A stretch of DNA of 64,000 nucleotides from Lama guanicoe. Its lineage: Eukaryota. Each line of letters begins with the position of its first letter. The first letter of the stretch is position 1. Shown piece by piece: positions 26,340 through 40,030 of the stretch. Made by a program: the position numbers and the translations under genes. The stretch is from assembly GCA_013239625.1 (NCBI GenBank), contig MU054400.1:3479032-3543031 (forward strand). Direction: 5' to 3'. The notes beneath the pieces are model-generated. The model ran no database searches, had not been told where the DNA came from, and saw nothing but the letters and a program-made list of their open reading frames with translations.

Positions 26340-27370
26340 ATGTATTTCCAAGAAGTGCATTTGATATAGCTGATCGTTCCTTCTTCTTGGAAATACTTTA
26401 TTTATACGGCCGTACTTTGTTTTCTGCCTACTGCACTGCCACTCCTTCTTAAGATTCCTTTATTAGAATGCCCCAGGGCTCATTTCTTGTCCTTTTTCAA
26501 CTCCAGTCTCTTCCTTGGTGATCTCATTCAGTCTCATGACTACTCAGCATCTTCACTTGGCTCTCTAATAATGTCACAAACTCAACAAATCCCAAACTAA
26601 TCTTCTGACTCTCCCTTCCCTTCCCAATGTGCTCTAACCTCAGCTTTCCCCAACTGCAGTCAGAGAAAATTCTGTCCCTGCAACTACTCAGTCCAAAACC
26701 TTAGCTTCCTTCTTGACTCCTGTTTCACGCCTGACATCCAATTCATCAGGAAGTCCTGATAATTCTACTTTCAAAATACATCCAGACTCTGATCATTTCA
26801 CATCGACTACCATGGTTGGGCCACTGTCCCTAATTAGCCTCCCTTCTACTTTTGGCCCCTACAATCTATTCTCAACACAATATCCTGACTGATCCTTTTA
26901 AACCCTTGGGGAAAGAAGGGGAAAAAAAAAAAAACTTAGATAAATCTTTCACCACTCTGCTCAAAGCCCAGCAATGCTGCCCATTTCAACAGCATTAAGG
27001 GTTCTAAGGGAATACCCCAGGCCTTCCCTCTCTAACCTCCTCTCCTACCCACAGCTCTTCTCCCTCACTGCTCTAGACACCCTGACTCGGCCTCCTTGCC
27101 TTCCACCAACATGCCAGGCTCACCCTCACCTTACTGCCTTTGCCCAAGCTGTTCCCTTTGCCTGGAGCATGCTGCCAGACATCCCAATGATCAACATCCC
27201 AATGACCAGCCAACTCCCACACCTCCTTTGCTCAACTGTCATCTTTTCAAGAAAGCCTATCTCAACAGTCCTACTTAATGCTGTAAATCACCTCCAGACC
27301 CCAGTGTACCTACTGCCCCTTGCCTCAATCTACTTTTGTCTTTTTCTAGAGCACTTACCACTTTCTATTA
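26340..27370 (+). mobile_element. LINE-2 remnant
   Basis: ggtgatctcattcagtctcatg, tccttgactcc-like, ctactttcaaaatacatccaga and gctgttccctttgcctggag motifs. Confidence 0.65.
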
Positions 27371-28489
27371 CGGGAGGGTTCAAAAATAATGGAACACTTT
27401 GAAAACTGTACTACTCGATGACTAAATATATTTTGATAAACCAGTTTTTAAGGGAACAATCAGTTTATTTCTATACACTTACTAATGCTCAACACATGCC
27501 CCCGCCACACCACATACATCAACCCAGGCACCTAAGTCATCCCAGAGCCTTAGCAGCTTATCACCATCGGTGACGACAAAAGCAAACACGATGGGCTCCT
27601 TCATTTCCACAATGTTTTGAGAAAAAGAAGCAGCAACTCAAGGCTCCTGCTATAACCACATAAGATGTCGCATGGTTTACTAGCCTTCCTCGTTCCCTCC
27701 CGCTCAGAGATAGCCACTGCTCCTCCTGCTGCCTAGCCCTTAGAGTGAACAAGGACATCTGTAAACCTCAGGTCTTCCTGACCTAGGGGGACAAAACTTA
27801 AAAGTAAAATTGAACAGTATTTTCCCTTTCTTTTCAAACAAGTGTAAGACTGAATGAAGGACCCTTTCTCAATCTTCCATGCAGGCTGAGGACTTGACTT
27901 TGAGGAGAAAGAATTCTGTATGCTGCAGTCTGATTATAAATTCAAGATGAGATTTACTGATTTGCTTCTAAAAAAATTCTGGATTTCTGTCAAACAGCAG
28001 CATCCTGCAAATCATAGGAAGGTAATAACATTTGGCTGCCGGTTTTCAATTTCTCACACGTGTAAGGAATTTTTTGTTTAACAGGAATCAAGAGCAAGGA
28101 GGAAATCATCTCACGTCAGTTGAAAATGAAATTTGTGAATGTAATTTCAAGTTTAACAAAGGAAAACAAAAAACAAGTGTCACATGAAGGAGACAAACTT
28201 TACTCTTTACTTTTAGTTTTAAAAAATAACAACTTTACTGTATAAAGCCCTTTCATAAAAGATCAAGTAATCAACACACATATATATGATCATTTGTAAC
28301 TTCTGGACCCATATTTGGGCATCATCATGTCAGTCAATTCAAAAAAAAAAAACCTTGCTTTTTTTTCAAATTCTGGTATAAATTATAATAGGCTATATTT
28401 TTATTAATATTCATTTGGCTTATGGTGTTTAGTAGCTCTGCTATGTGTACTGTCAATAATTTTCATGTTTGTAGTTCATGCTAGTTCAA

Positions 28490-30065
28490 ATCAGTTTATA
28501 GTAGTCTGGCAAAAAGATGGGCAAATAGACCAACACAATAGAATCAAAACTCCAGAAAGAAATACACATAACCATGACCAACTGATTGGTGACAAGGTGT
28601 CAAGCCCATTCCCTGATGAAAGAATTGTCTCTTCTATTGTGGGGACAACTTGATTTCCACGTGCAAAAGAATGAATTTGAACCTCTGCTCACATCATATA
28701 CAAAAATTAACTCAAAGTGAATCAATGACCAAAATATAAGCGTTAAAACTCGTGGAAGAAAACATGGAGGTAAATCTGCATGGCCTTGAATTTGGCAATG
28801 CATTCTTAGTTACAGCAACAAAAGCACAAAGAACAAAAAAAAAAAAGATAAACTGGACTTGAAAATTAAAACCTTTTGTCCATCAAAGGACATTGTCAAG
28901 AATGTGAGAAGACAACATACAGCAAGGAAGAACATATCTTCTAAAATCCTTTTGTCATTTGACTTTTTTCCCTAAGAACCTTGTCACTTGAAGTCAGAAT
29001 ATTTTCTCTAAGGTCTGGCAGAGAGTGGTTCATCTGTTTCTTGTGATAGCAGATGTTTGCTAAGGTGCCGGGACTTGAAAATTAAAACTTCTGTTCATCA
29101 AAGGACAGTGTCAAGAAAGTGAAAAGACAACATATAGAATGGAAGAAATCATACATCTGATAAGGGTTTAATATCCAGAATATATACAGAACACCTATAA
29201 GTCAACAATAAAAAGAGAGCCCAATTTAAAAGATGGGAAAAGGACTTAAATAGACATTTCCTCAAAGAAAATATACAAATGGCCAATACACACATGAAAA
29301 GATGCTCAACACCATTAGCTATTAGGGAAACATAGGTCAAAATCACAATATTACTTGACATTGGAATGGTTATAATAAACAAAACAAAAACAGTAATTAA
29401 AAGTGCTGTCAAGAATATGATAAACTAAAACTCTCATACATTGCTGGTGGTAATATAAAATGGTACAACCACTATAGAAGACAGTCTTGTGGTTCCTCAA
29501 AAGCTAACCAGCAATTCTACTCCTTGCTGCATACCCATAAGAACTGAGAAGAGGGACTAGAGTAGACAATTGTACATCAGTGTGCACAGCAGCATTATTC
29601 ACAACACCAGAAGGTAGAGACAACCTAAGTGTCTACCCAAAGGTGAAAGGACAAACAAAGTGTGCCACAGTGGAGTGTCATTCAGCCATTGAAGGGAATG
29701 AAGTTCTTCTAACACATGCTACAACAAGAACGAACCTCGAAAACATTATGCTAAGTGAAATAAGCCAGAAACGAAACAACAGATATTGTATGCTTCCACT
29801 TGTATAAAATATCTGTAACAGGCAAATTCATAGAGATCTAAAGTCAATTAGGCTACTGGGGGGTGGGGGAAAAGGGGAATCAGGAGTCTCTGCTTAATGG
29901 TTACAATGTCTGTCTGGGGTGATGACAAATTTTGGAAACAGACAGTGGTGACTGTCATACAACACCATGAAAGTAACTGATGCTACTGGATCATAAGCTT
30001 AAAAATGGTTAAAATGGCAAATTATATGTTAAATTTATCATAATAAAAAAGTAATTTTTTAAAAA
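28490..30065 (+). mobile_element. Old LINE-1 3' portion
   Basis: catatacaaaaattaactcaaagtg, cacatgaaaagatgctcaac, gaaaacattatgctaagtgaaataagccag and a 3' UTR ending aaaatggttaaaatggcaaatt. Confidence 0.85.
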
Positions 30066-30607
30066 AATCAGCTGACAATATTTACTGAAACTGTGTACCA
30101 AGCCAACCTTTTGAAAAAGAACTGAATCCCATTTTAGCTTATTGCCAGTTATTTGACAGAAATTTATTATCTCCACCATATGAGTTTTAAAAAATCATGA
30201 AAAGGAAAGAGATTAGTTTCCAGAATGGTAGGCTAAGTTTAACTATCTATTTTTCAGCTAAGGTTGGTTAGTCTTTTTTTGTTTGCTTTAAATGAAGAAA
30301 AATAAAACTACTCTTGTGCAAGCCATATGCCACAAGCCATACTTTATTAATATATCTTGTATAGTAAAAATTTGTGGTAATACTCTTAGGCCTCCTTGGA
30401 TAAACTAAAAAAAAGAAACACAGTAGGAAATTTAGGAAAAGGAAAACCTGTCTTTCCTGTCTGCATTACCAACACACATTAGAGTTTATATCCTTTGTGG
30501 GGATGGAGATCCATACAAAGGAATAGACCAATGGACAGCCAAAGTAAACAGATGCACAGAAATACATCATTCTCTAGTAAAAAGGATTAGCAATCATTAC
30601 TGAAGTC

Positions 30608-31040
30608 CTGTGTTACAAGGCCTAAAACTTCAGCTTTGAGCCTTAGAGGGCCCCAAAGGAATAGCCAATGGAAAGGCTCCTTGCCTGGATAGTTCCACCA
30701 TCAGCTGAACCAGCGTGCACTCCACTCAGTTCTCAACCGATCTAGATTCAGTTCCCTGCCAGCCCTCAGAACTATTCAAACAAACTAATCCCATCCTCCC
30801 ATGGGAGTAGGGAGTTGGCGGGGGTGCTTCATCCTTTGGTTACTACAAAGCCTGTCTCCCATAGATCACGTGGCCAGTTCTGTTCCCAAGTGCCACTCCC
30901 ATGGGTGTGAGTATACATGACTGACAAACTGCTGTCAATCTCAACTCATCAGTGTCAGGTAGTGGCCATCTCATACAATTTAGGACAGGTGATCCCTCCA
31001 CCAGTGGACAGAGTAGGAGGAGGTCAAAACAATTACTATA
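30608..31040 (+). mobile_element. Probable solo LTR remnant
   Basis: TG start, LTR-like U3 motifs (agccaatggaaagg, ccctcagaactattcaaacaa) and U5-like end. Family not assigned. Confidence 0.45.
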
Positions 31041-33861
31041 TCTAAACCTTCTGTTCACGCCAATATCACAGCTGTAGTATCACATCATTTTTACGGAGGA
31101 GTTCCCTGAGACCTGAAAATTATTTCCTAAACCCTCCAGGGTATAAAAATTGAGAAAGTCTCTCGAAGACAGGGCTGGTATAGACCAGAACAGTTCCAGT
31201 GTGGTTCTATAGCTGGTTAAGTATAGCAGGAGAGTCCTGATCACCAAGGCCTCCTAATCACAACATTTTCCTGATTTTAAACCAGCAGTGAAGATCTAGA
31301 GGCAATTTCACAATTAGACAGGAGGCCTCTTACTCAAAAAAAAAAAGAGACAGTACTTCCCTGGGTTCCTCGGTTGAGTGCAGAGGTTTTGGGAGTTGTT
31401 CCCTGAAGCTCAACCAAGAGTTTCTTTCTTCAGATGTCTAGACAATCCCATAAACAACTTAATGCCTGTGCCAGATATTAATGTACTGCCCCTCATCTAC
31501 AGATTCACCCTTTTTGCCTGTATTGTGAAAACGGATTTATTATGCACTTAAAATACTGATATCTTGGCCAGCTGGCACAATGTTAAGCTTTGCCAAGAGG
31601 TCACTGGAAAGACACCACAGAGGAAAAGGATATTTGCTTCCAGGTTCCAGTGTGCTCACGTGGCTGCAGCGGACAAGGCTTCTCCAGGACCCATTCCTAC
31701 GAGGACAGCTTCTCCAACACCAGACTCCTGCAGCAAGTGCAGCTTCTCCAACAGGAATCAGGCAGTTTTGCAGCAGAGTGCTTCCAGCGAGTCACCTCCC
31801 CAGGGACAGCTTTCCCTGGCGCCCTAAAGGGCAGGTGCAAATTCTACCAGTGCCATACCTCAGCTACTTGACTTGAACGTGCCCTTTGCAACAAAGCTCA
31901 GACCTCAGTGAGCTGTTTAGCAACCTATAGTAAATATATCCTCTCTGCTGTAGTTACATAAAATGGAATCTGTTCTCTACAGTTGAATCTTCACTTGCTT
32001 CCTCTTTCAATAAAGAATTTTGTGAGGGAAAAAATCATACAATATCCTCAGAGATTAGATAAATTCATGACATTCATTTTTAAATTAGGAAGCAATATTA
32101 ATTATACATAGCCAGGGTTAAGAATGGCATTCTCAGTTTTTGATCCAAAAGAGGATTAAAAAAAAAAGCTGCATTAAAAATCTGTGCTATCACATAAAAA
32201 TCCACAATATACACTTCCATAAATTGGGGGATGGTGTCTGTATGAGTTGACTTTTATATATTTAAAGATGCCTTACACTAGAATTAAATGTGGGAATCTG
32301 GCTTGGCAGAAAATCATACAAGCAAGATAAACTTGCTCAAGGCTAGCCCATACATTAGGAAAAGTAAACAATTTTGTATATTCTAGATCAAGAAAAGTAC
32401 AAAGTTTTGGATCTTCTGAATTCGTGAAATTTTCCTGATCTTTGGCTCTCAACTAGAACTAGTTTCAGAGCCAAGAAACCCTGAAAACTGAAACCCTCAG
32501 TTCTCACTGGCATAAGCCTGGAATCAAGCTCATTAGTCAAGTCAGGAAGTGTGCATACACACACACAAGGCATCAGTGAATTTCATACATGTAAGCCGTC
32601 CTAATTTTCATTCCACAAACAAGCTACAGAAGAAATTCTGACACACAGCAAAGGTAAAGTTGTATATTCTAAGTATATAAGGACTTCAAATATACATGGT
32701 TTTAAACTTATTTCAACTCAAACTGCTAAAGAGAAAAGAAATGAAAAGAAAAAATGCAAAGAAATATACAGTGTTCACACTCCAAAGTGTCACCCAAATC
32801 TTTTAAAAACAATCTGAGAAAATATGGTTTCCTTCTGGCTTGCCTTGTTTTAAACAACTTGGTCCAGTTCCCATTCAACCAGAACAACCTGACCATTTTA
32901 CCCTCATCTGTTTACTAAAGGGTCTCCCCACAAGATATCAACAGGCAAAAAAGCTTCCACTGTTTAAAAACGTTTGAGAAACATTGCTCTAATCAACAAT
33001 GACAACCTTCGCTGTTAAATACTGGATAAGTATTGTTCTTGTTGGAGTGATTGTGGGCAACTAGGAAACAACTGCTGTTAAAGAAGATCTGGGCAGCTGA
33101 TTCTACCATGGGGAAGAGGGAATCAAGTGCATTGAAAAGGCATCGTCTTTTGCCAATGTTCTCTGTTTCATCATCTGAAAGGAAAAAAAATAATAGCTTT
33201 GCAAGAACATAAGGGAGCAACTATTCCCCCACACCAGCTACGTCAAAGTGATGGAAAATTGCAAATCCTGGTTATTTAAAATGAAAGATCCCAAAGAATA
33301 TGCTCATATCCTTGGCAACATAATTAAAGGAAAAAGAAACGTTGAAGGAAGAAGGTAAATAATATCTTGTCTAAAGGAAAAAGGAGTAACATTTCCATCA
33401 ATAGGCAGATAGAGATTATTACCATTAAATTAAGAGAGAAATACATACACTGGACGTGGTCTGTGAATATTAACATACCTTAAATTACAATATTGAAGTA
33501 TATATATTCATCTAGTTACCCTAAACATATGACATTTGATGACTAGTTTATTAATGTTTTAACCCAATCTGCAAACAAGCAAATTTATTTCACCTGTATT
33601 ACTGTTGTTAATTTTATCAAAAAATGTGGATAACAGTAAACCTACAAGAAGGTTATACCTTTTACCTTTCCTCATTATGCATCCTCATTAGAAACACAAG
33701 AGTTTGGATGGCTCACACACTACTCCACAAAAGATATTCTGGCACTTAGAAAAGTCTAATTTGTTCTGCTATGCGATGTTTTAATTATACTTCAAATAAT
33801 AGAGTCTTACTGTCGGAGGAGCAGAATCCCACTACACTTCAATTTAATTACTTTACTTAAG

Positions 33862-34005
33862 TGGGGAGGGTATAGCTCAAGGTCATGCTTAGTATGCGTG
33901 AAGTCCTGGGTTCAATCCCTGGTACTTCCATTAAAATAAATAAACCTAATTCCCCCCTCCTTACTTACTTACTTAATTAATTAATTAGTTAATTTTTTAA
34001 AAAAA
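33862..34005 (+). mobile_element. tRNA-derived SINE (Vic-1-like)
   Basis: GGGGAGGGTATAGCTCAA (A box), GTCCTGGGTTCAATCCCTGG (B box), then aaataaataaacctaattccccc. Same family as 386-570. Confidence 0.85.
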
Positions 34006-34269
34006 CTTTAAAGAGATGTTTCAGAAAAATCAAAATTATAACAGCTAAACCAAAAAAAATGTTTACTTAAAATAACTCTAACCCCAACTCTGATTCCAAC
34101 TATTTCTAGATTTAAATGCCAAAATTCTTTAGTCCATATAGGGATGGATGACTTTAAAATTCTTATCTTGAAACACACATTTTCCTTTCCTCTAACCTAT
34201 GACTCTGAATCACTAAAACGGTTAAAGTTGTGTGTGTTTGTTTTAAGGAAAGTACCAGAGCCCTAAGTC

Positions 34270-36320
34270 ACCTCCCACTAGTATCCCAATAAGAATCAAA
34301 ATATACAGGACATGAGGGAATCAAAAGGCTACAAGGCATATAAGAAACAAACTGCCAATGACAAAAGTTCCACCTTATGATAAATCACTTCAAATGTAAA
34401 TGGATCAAACTCTCCAATTCAAAGGCAGAGATTGGCAAAATGGATTTTAACAACATGCTCCAACTATATGCTCTCTATAAGAGACTAGCTTCAGATACAA
34501 AGACACAATAAGTTGAAAGAGAAAGGACAGAAAATGATAAGCCATGCAAATAGTAACCAAAAGGGAGCAGGCGTGGCTATATTAATACCAGACAAAATGG
34601 ATTTTAAATCAAAAAATGTTACAAGAGACAAAGAACACTACAAAGGTTCAAGGAGTAAGAACAACATTTAAAACAGTTCATGCATGGAATAACAGATCAT
34701 CAAAATAGATGAAACAAAAACTGACAGAATTACATAGCAATACTATTCACAATACCCCAAGACACGGAAACAACCTAAATGTCCATTGACAGATGACTAG
34801 ATAAAGAAACTGTGGTATGTTTATACAACAGAATACTACTCAGCCATAAAAAAGAATAAAATAACAATGCCATTTGCAGCAACATGGATGGACCTGGAGA
34901 TTACCATTCTAAGTGAAGTAAAGCCAGAAAAAGAAAAATATCATATGATATCACTTATAAGTGGAATCTTAAAAAAAAAAAAAGACACAAACGAACTTGT
35001 TTACAAAACAGAAACAGACTCACAGACATAGAAAACAAACTTATGGTTACCGGGGGAAAAGGGGCTGGGAACAGACAAACTGGGAGTTCAAGATTTGCAA
35101 ATACTAACTACTATATATAAAATAGATAAACAACAAGTTTCTTCTGTATAGAACAGGGAACTATACTCACTAATTTGTAGTAACATATAATGAAAAAGAA
35201 TATGAAAACGAATATATGTATGTATATGTATGACTGAAGCATTATGCTGTACACCAGAAACTGACACATTGTAAACTGAATATACTTCAACTAAAAAAAA
35301 AAAAACAAAAAACCACAAACCCTCCCAACAAAGAAAAGCCCCAGACCTGATGGCTTCACTACGAATTGTTCTAAATATTTAAAGAGCTCAACGCTTCTCA
35401 AATTCTTCCAAATACATGAAAAGGGGACACTTCCTAACTCATTCTATGAGGCCAACATTGCCTTCACACCAAAGCAACACAAAGACATTACAAGAAAACT
35501 ACAGACCAATATTCCTTTTGAACAATGATCCAAAAATCCCCCACAAAATACCAGTAAACTGAACTCAGCAGCATAAACAGAAATCAAAATCACAGTATCA
35601 CCGCACAGGACACCTATCATCCAAAAAACAAACAAACAAACGAAACCCATACAGAAAATAACAAGTGTTGACAACGATGTAGAGAAATTGGAACTCTTGT
35701 ACAATGTTGGCGTTGGTGTGAATGTAAAATGCTGCAGCCTCTGTGGAAAAAGTATGGTCGTTCCTCAAAAAAATTAAAAACAGAATTACCATATGACCCA
35801 GCAATTCTACTTCTGAGTACCCAAAAGAACTAAAAGCAAGGTGTCAAAGAAATACTTGCACACCCATGTACACAGCAGCAGCATTAATTCACAGTATCCC
35901 AAAGGCAGAAGCAACCCAAGGATTCAGTGATGGGTGAATAAAATAAACAAAATATGGTATATACATACAATGGAATGTTAGCCTTAATAAGGAAGGAAAT
36001 TCTGATATATGCTACAGCATGGATGAACCTTGCAGACATAAGGCTAAATAAAATAAGCCAATCACAAAAGAGCAAATATTGTATGATTCCACTCCTACGA
36101 GGTACACACGGCAGTCCAATTCATACTGGTGGTTGCCGGTGGGAGTGGAGGGGGCAGTGTGCTATTATCTAATGAATACAGAGTTTTCGTTTTGTGGAGA
36201 TGGATGGTAGTAACGCTCGCACAACAATGTGAATGCATCTAATGCCTCTGAACTGCATACCTGAAAATGGTTAAAACGTTAAATTTTATGGTATATGTAT
36301 TTTACCGTAATTTTTACAAA
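34270..36320 (+). mobile_element. Nested LINE-1: older L1 (ORF2 start to 3' UTR pieces) interrupted by a younger L1 3' end at about 34735-35312
   Basis: Endonuclease motifs at 34385-34730, then a well-preserved 3' UTR with poly(A) at 35293-35312, then older ORF2 resumes (aaagcccagacctgatggcttcact-like) up to a second 3' UTR. Confidence 0.8.
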
Positions 36321-37311
36321 TAAATTTTAAGTCAAAATATGGACCAAAAGTATGAATAAGTCAATATGTCAAAAACTGGAAAAAAATAAGTTTCAAATGT
36401 AAACACAAATTAAAACTGATGAGATTAAATTAACAGATGAAAGAGACATTTTCAGGACAAAGGGAAAGAAAAAAAAAATCCCAGAAAACTCTAGAGTTGT
36501 AACAAGCTTCAGAGATCTCATGGAAGTCAAACTCTTTCAATCTGCAAATTAGGGGACAAGCTAGTCAGGGAGGTTAGTTGCCTTGTATTAACCACCATCA
36601 GTCAGTTCTGCCTACATGCCACAAGAAATTGGGCCTACCATAAATCAATAAAAATCTGAAGAGTTCTTATCAAAAAATATTTTCAACTCATTGAACTCTA
36701 CTACATGTAGGCAATGTTTACATTTTTAGTAGCACTATTCTACCACAAATCCTTCACTGATCTTATTAGTATTATTCTTCCCAATGTTAGCGATACCCGT
36801 ATCATCATAACCTTAAATCAGTTTCCCCGTAGGGAAAGATATGAGGCAAAGACAGCAAGTGTCGGGCACCCCTCCTTAGGATGGGTCAACCTCAGCATGA
36901 ATTAAGTGACAAATGAATGGAGATTAAGAAGGGAAGCTAAGTGATTTTTTTTTTTAAGCTAATGAGCTGGGTATCAAGTGAGCTTTCCATCCTGTGCCTT
37001 CATTCTATTTGTCTAATATGTAAAATCCAAAAAGAATTAGATTTGATCATTTGTGGAAATGTACTACCAAATCCTTTTGATTTAGATAACGTAATTTCAG
37101 GACACTAACACTGCAGTTCCCTTGTATCAACATCTGACTAAAACCCAAAGAAACCTCTCCACTTTCTGCTAATTTTCTGTGCTTTCTTTTTTTTTTTTTT
37201 TTAAGAAGGCCTTTATCGGAACCCAAAAGTTTGAGGCAAAAACAGACTGCAGAGATAGTCACCACCACTTCCCTTCCCAAAGTTTGGTAGAAATGCTCCA
37301 TGATTTATACC

Positions 37312-39222
37312 AGAAGCCCTCAAAGTGTGGTCTGCAGAAACTCAGGGTTCCAACACCCTTGTAGAGGGTCCAAGAGGTCAAAACTATTTTCATAATAATA
37401 CTAAAACATTAAGAGCCTTTTTAACTATAATAGCATTTGCACTAATGGTACAAAAGCAATGGTGTGTAAGATTTCTGGCATCTAAGAGCAAATTATAATG
37501 GTGGCACCAAACTATACTATAATTAGTCATTGTATTTTCAAGCACCAGCAATTATTGAAAAGAAAAAAAAAAAAGGCCCTGGCTCTGTTTCAGTTAAGAA
37601 TGTCCCTGAAATAGTAAAAAGCATTCATTTTATTAAATCTTGACCCTTGCATATATGGCCTTTTAATGTTTTGTGTGAAAAATGGTAAGTAGGCATGAAG
37701 CATATGAAGCATTCCTTGATATATACTAAATTACAGTGCTTGATGGCTATCTCAAGGAAACATGCTTGTATAACTGAACTGAGAGCTTGAACTAGCCTTT
37801 CATTAAACACCACTTCTACTTCAAAGAGTGACTATGTTTATTCAGACTTAGGTATTTTGGAAGAGGTTCACTCAGAAATGAATGAAGTCTATCTGTCACA
37901 TAGCTGAAACAATTGGCAATCGTATTTGTGGCTAATGACAACATTTGAGCAAACATCTGACTTCTGGAAAACATCCACCATCACGTAACAACCAGGACAA
38001 CTTCCCAATAACTTGTTTCTGATGGAATGGGTGGTGATGTTAACAAATGTGATTTTTTGATACTGTATAATAAAAAGTGTCAACATTTGGAAGATCTGGG
38101 TAACTTATTGAAACAATATTTACAAATGACCAATGCATGATGTTATAAAATCAGGCATGGGTATAAGATCCATTCTAACCTCAGACCAATGGATTTTAAT
38201 ATAATATTATTTAAAAGTCCATTGACATAATTTCAGATTCCATACTGCAACTGATGAGGAGAAGAAATCTTTCCCCTTTCAGTTCCTCTGGTTGTTCTAA
38301 GGATTAAATTGACGTGAGACAATTAACAGGAGAAAATAAAACTTAACTTCGTATGTATGGGAATCCCACATACATGAGGTGTCAGAGACATGAGAGATTC
38401 AAAGACAAAAAGGTAAAATGAGGTGTATATGCCATCCTGAGCTAAGGAATGGGATAGGGACCTAGGGCTTCTGAGAACAGGAGGGTCATTCACAGGACAG
38501 TAAGAAGAAGAGCAGATGTTTGGTAATTAGATGTTTGCCCTGCCATGTACAGGGGGCCACTAGGATAAAATTTATCTCTGGTAATAACTCGTTTTTTTCT
38601 GGGATATATCCCCAATTTAAATTCTAGCTAATTAAGGGAGGGGCAATAATTTCTCTTGAACCCACAAGGTCTCAGCTGCCTTCAGCTCAAAATAATCCTC
38701 ATAACAAAAGAGGCACATTTTGGGGAGAGTAATTCAGAACCCCTACCTAACTAAAAACTACCATAGGCTGAGTTTTGATGCAGTACCAAACAAGAATATC
38801 CATAATTATCTGGAGGCTAATAGAATACCCCTCCCTTTTCCAGCCATTAACTGTGTGAGGCTGGATTTCTCTCTGTATATATATACTTCAACCCAAACAT
38901 ATTGCAATAGACTGAATGCAGAAGCAGATACGAGAATCCTGCTGTTTCTATTAAACCAGGTATTAGAGATTTACCAAAATCTAAAACAGTGCCAGTCTTC
39001 TCTATTTTTTTCTTGAAAGAGTCATCTTTCCTAAAAATATGCTTATATTAACGTGTAATGGGTTTATAGTTACATTTTAAGTGAACTGACATAAAATTTG
39101 TATCTGTTTTAATTTATAATATAATATTATATGATAGACACAATCCACAAAAGCTCTCTGTGGTGCTCAATTATTTTTAAGAGTATAAAAGGGTCCTGAG
39201 ACCAAACATTTGAAAACATCTG
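37312..39222 (+). mobile_element. Charlie1-like hAT DNA transposon, interrupted by an LTR
   Basis: Termini CAG...CTCAAAGTGTGGTC and GGGTCCTGAGACCAAACATTTGAAAACATCTG; colinear with 15970-17560. Confidence 0.8.
38252..38745 (-). mobile_element. Solo ERV LTR inserted in the Charlie element
   Basis: This block is absent from the other Charlie copy and shares motifs with the LTR at 63688-64000 (taaattgac.tga.ac..attaa.ag, agatgtttggtaa, gatgtttgcc...gccatg). Confidence 0.7.
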
Positions 39223-39859
39223 ATTTAAAAAACATGGTATTAATAGCAGATCCCCACAAACCAAAAAGAACAAGTAGTACACACACAAAAAAGTTTTTTA
39301 ACTTTCCTGGGAAAATTACATGAAAGCTGAAAAGGAATACAATGGCAAATCAAAATTAGCCTCCTTCTATGTAACATCCATACAGAATTTAAAAAAAAAA
39401 AAAAGAATGCTTAAATGAAAGTGGTTTTGTGTATCCTGGAAACATCATGCAATATCTTTATCAGATAAACACATAAATATCCCCATTAGTAGTTTGAATA
39501 TTTCTGATGGTAGCTCATGACAGCCAAGGAAACACACAATCATAAATTCAAAAACAGGTGATTAAAATAGCAGCCACGGCCACTGCCACCGCCACTAGGG
39601 AGACAATCCAAGGTTCTGTCAGAAGGGACAAACAGGAATACTTCAGTCACTCTCCGGCAGCATCTCAGGGCACCCAGCTCAGGGTCTAGCTGTTCTATTT
39701 TAAACTAAATTACATGCTTCCAAGACAGGATAGCGAGACTAAACTGTCCCTTAGCCCCAAAAGAGCAAATGGGTCATAGTGGAATTAATCTGGAAAAACA
39801 GTGCTCAATCAGCCCCAAAGCCCTTTTTCAGCTTTCTAGATCCCTCACACTGACACTAG

Positions 39860-40030
39860 CAGTAATAATATTTACTGAGCACTTACTATGTGCCAGGCAC
39901 TGTGGGCTAAGCACTTTACATTACTAATTCATTTAATATTCAAAGTCATCTTAAGAGTACACCTCATTATTATCCCCATTTTTGGAGATGAGAACATTGA
40001 AGCACAAAGATAAATGACTCACCTAAAGCA
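39860..40030 (-). mobile_element. MIR SINE
   Basis: tttactgagcacttactatgtgccaggcactg...tattatccccatttt.gagatgagaacattgaagcaca is the MIR core. Confidence 0.8.

Noticed and set aside
33107..33190. Strong-looking minus-strand acceptor (TTTTTTTTCCTTTCAG|ATG) in AGTPBP1 intron 1, a possible cryptic 68-nt exon
   Set aside because: Only weak donors lie nearby and such acceptors are common by chance. It would need RNA evidence.
39575..39605. GCCACTAGGGAGAC CTCF-like motif
   Set aside because: Mismatches in the core GGGGC positions; cannot be supported without PWM scoring or ChIP data.
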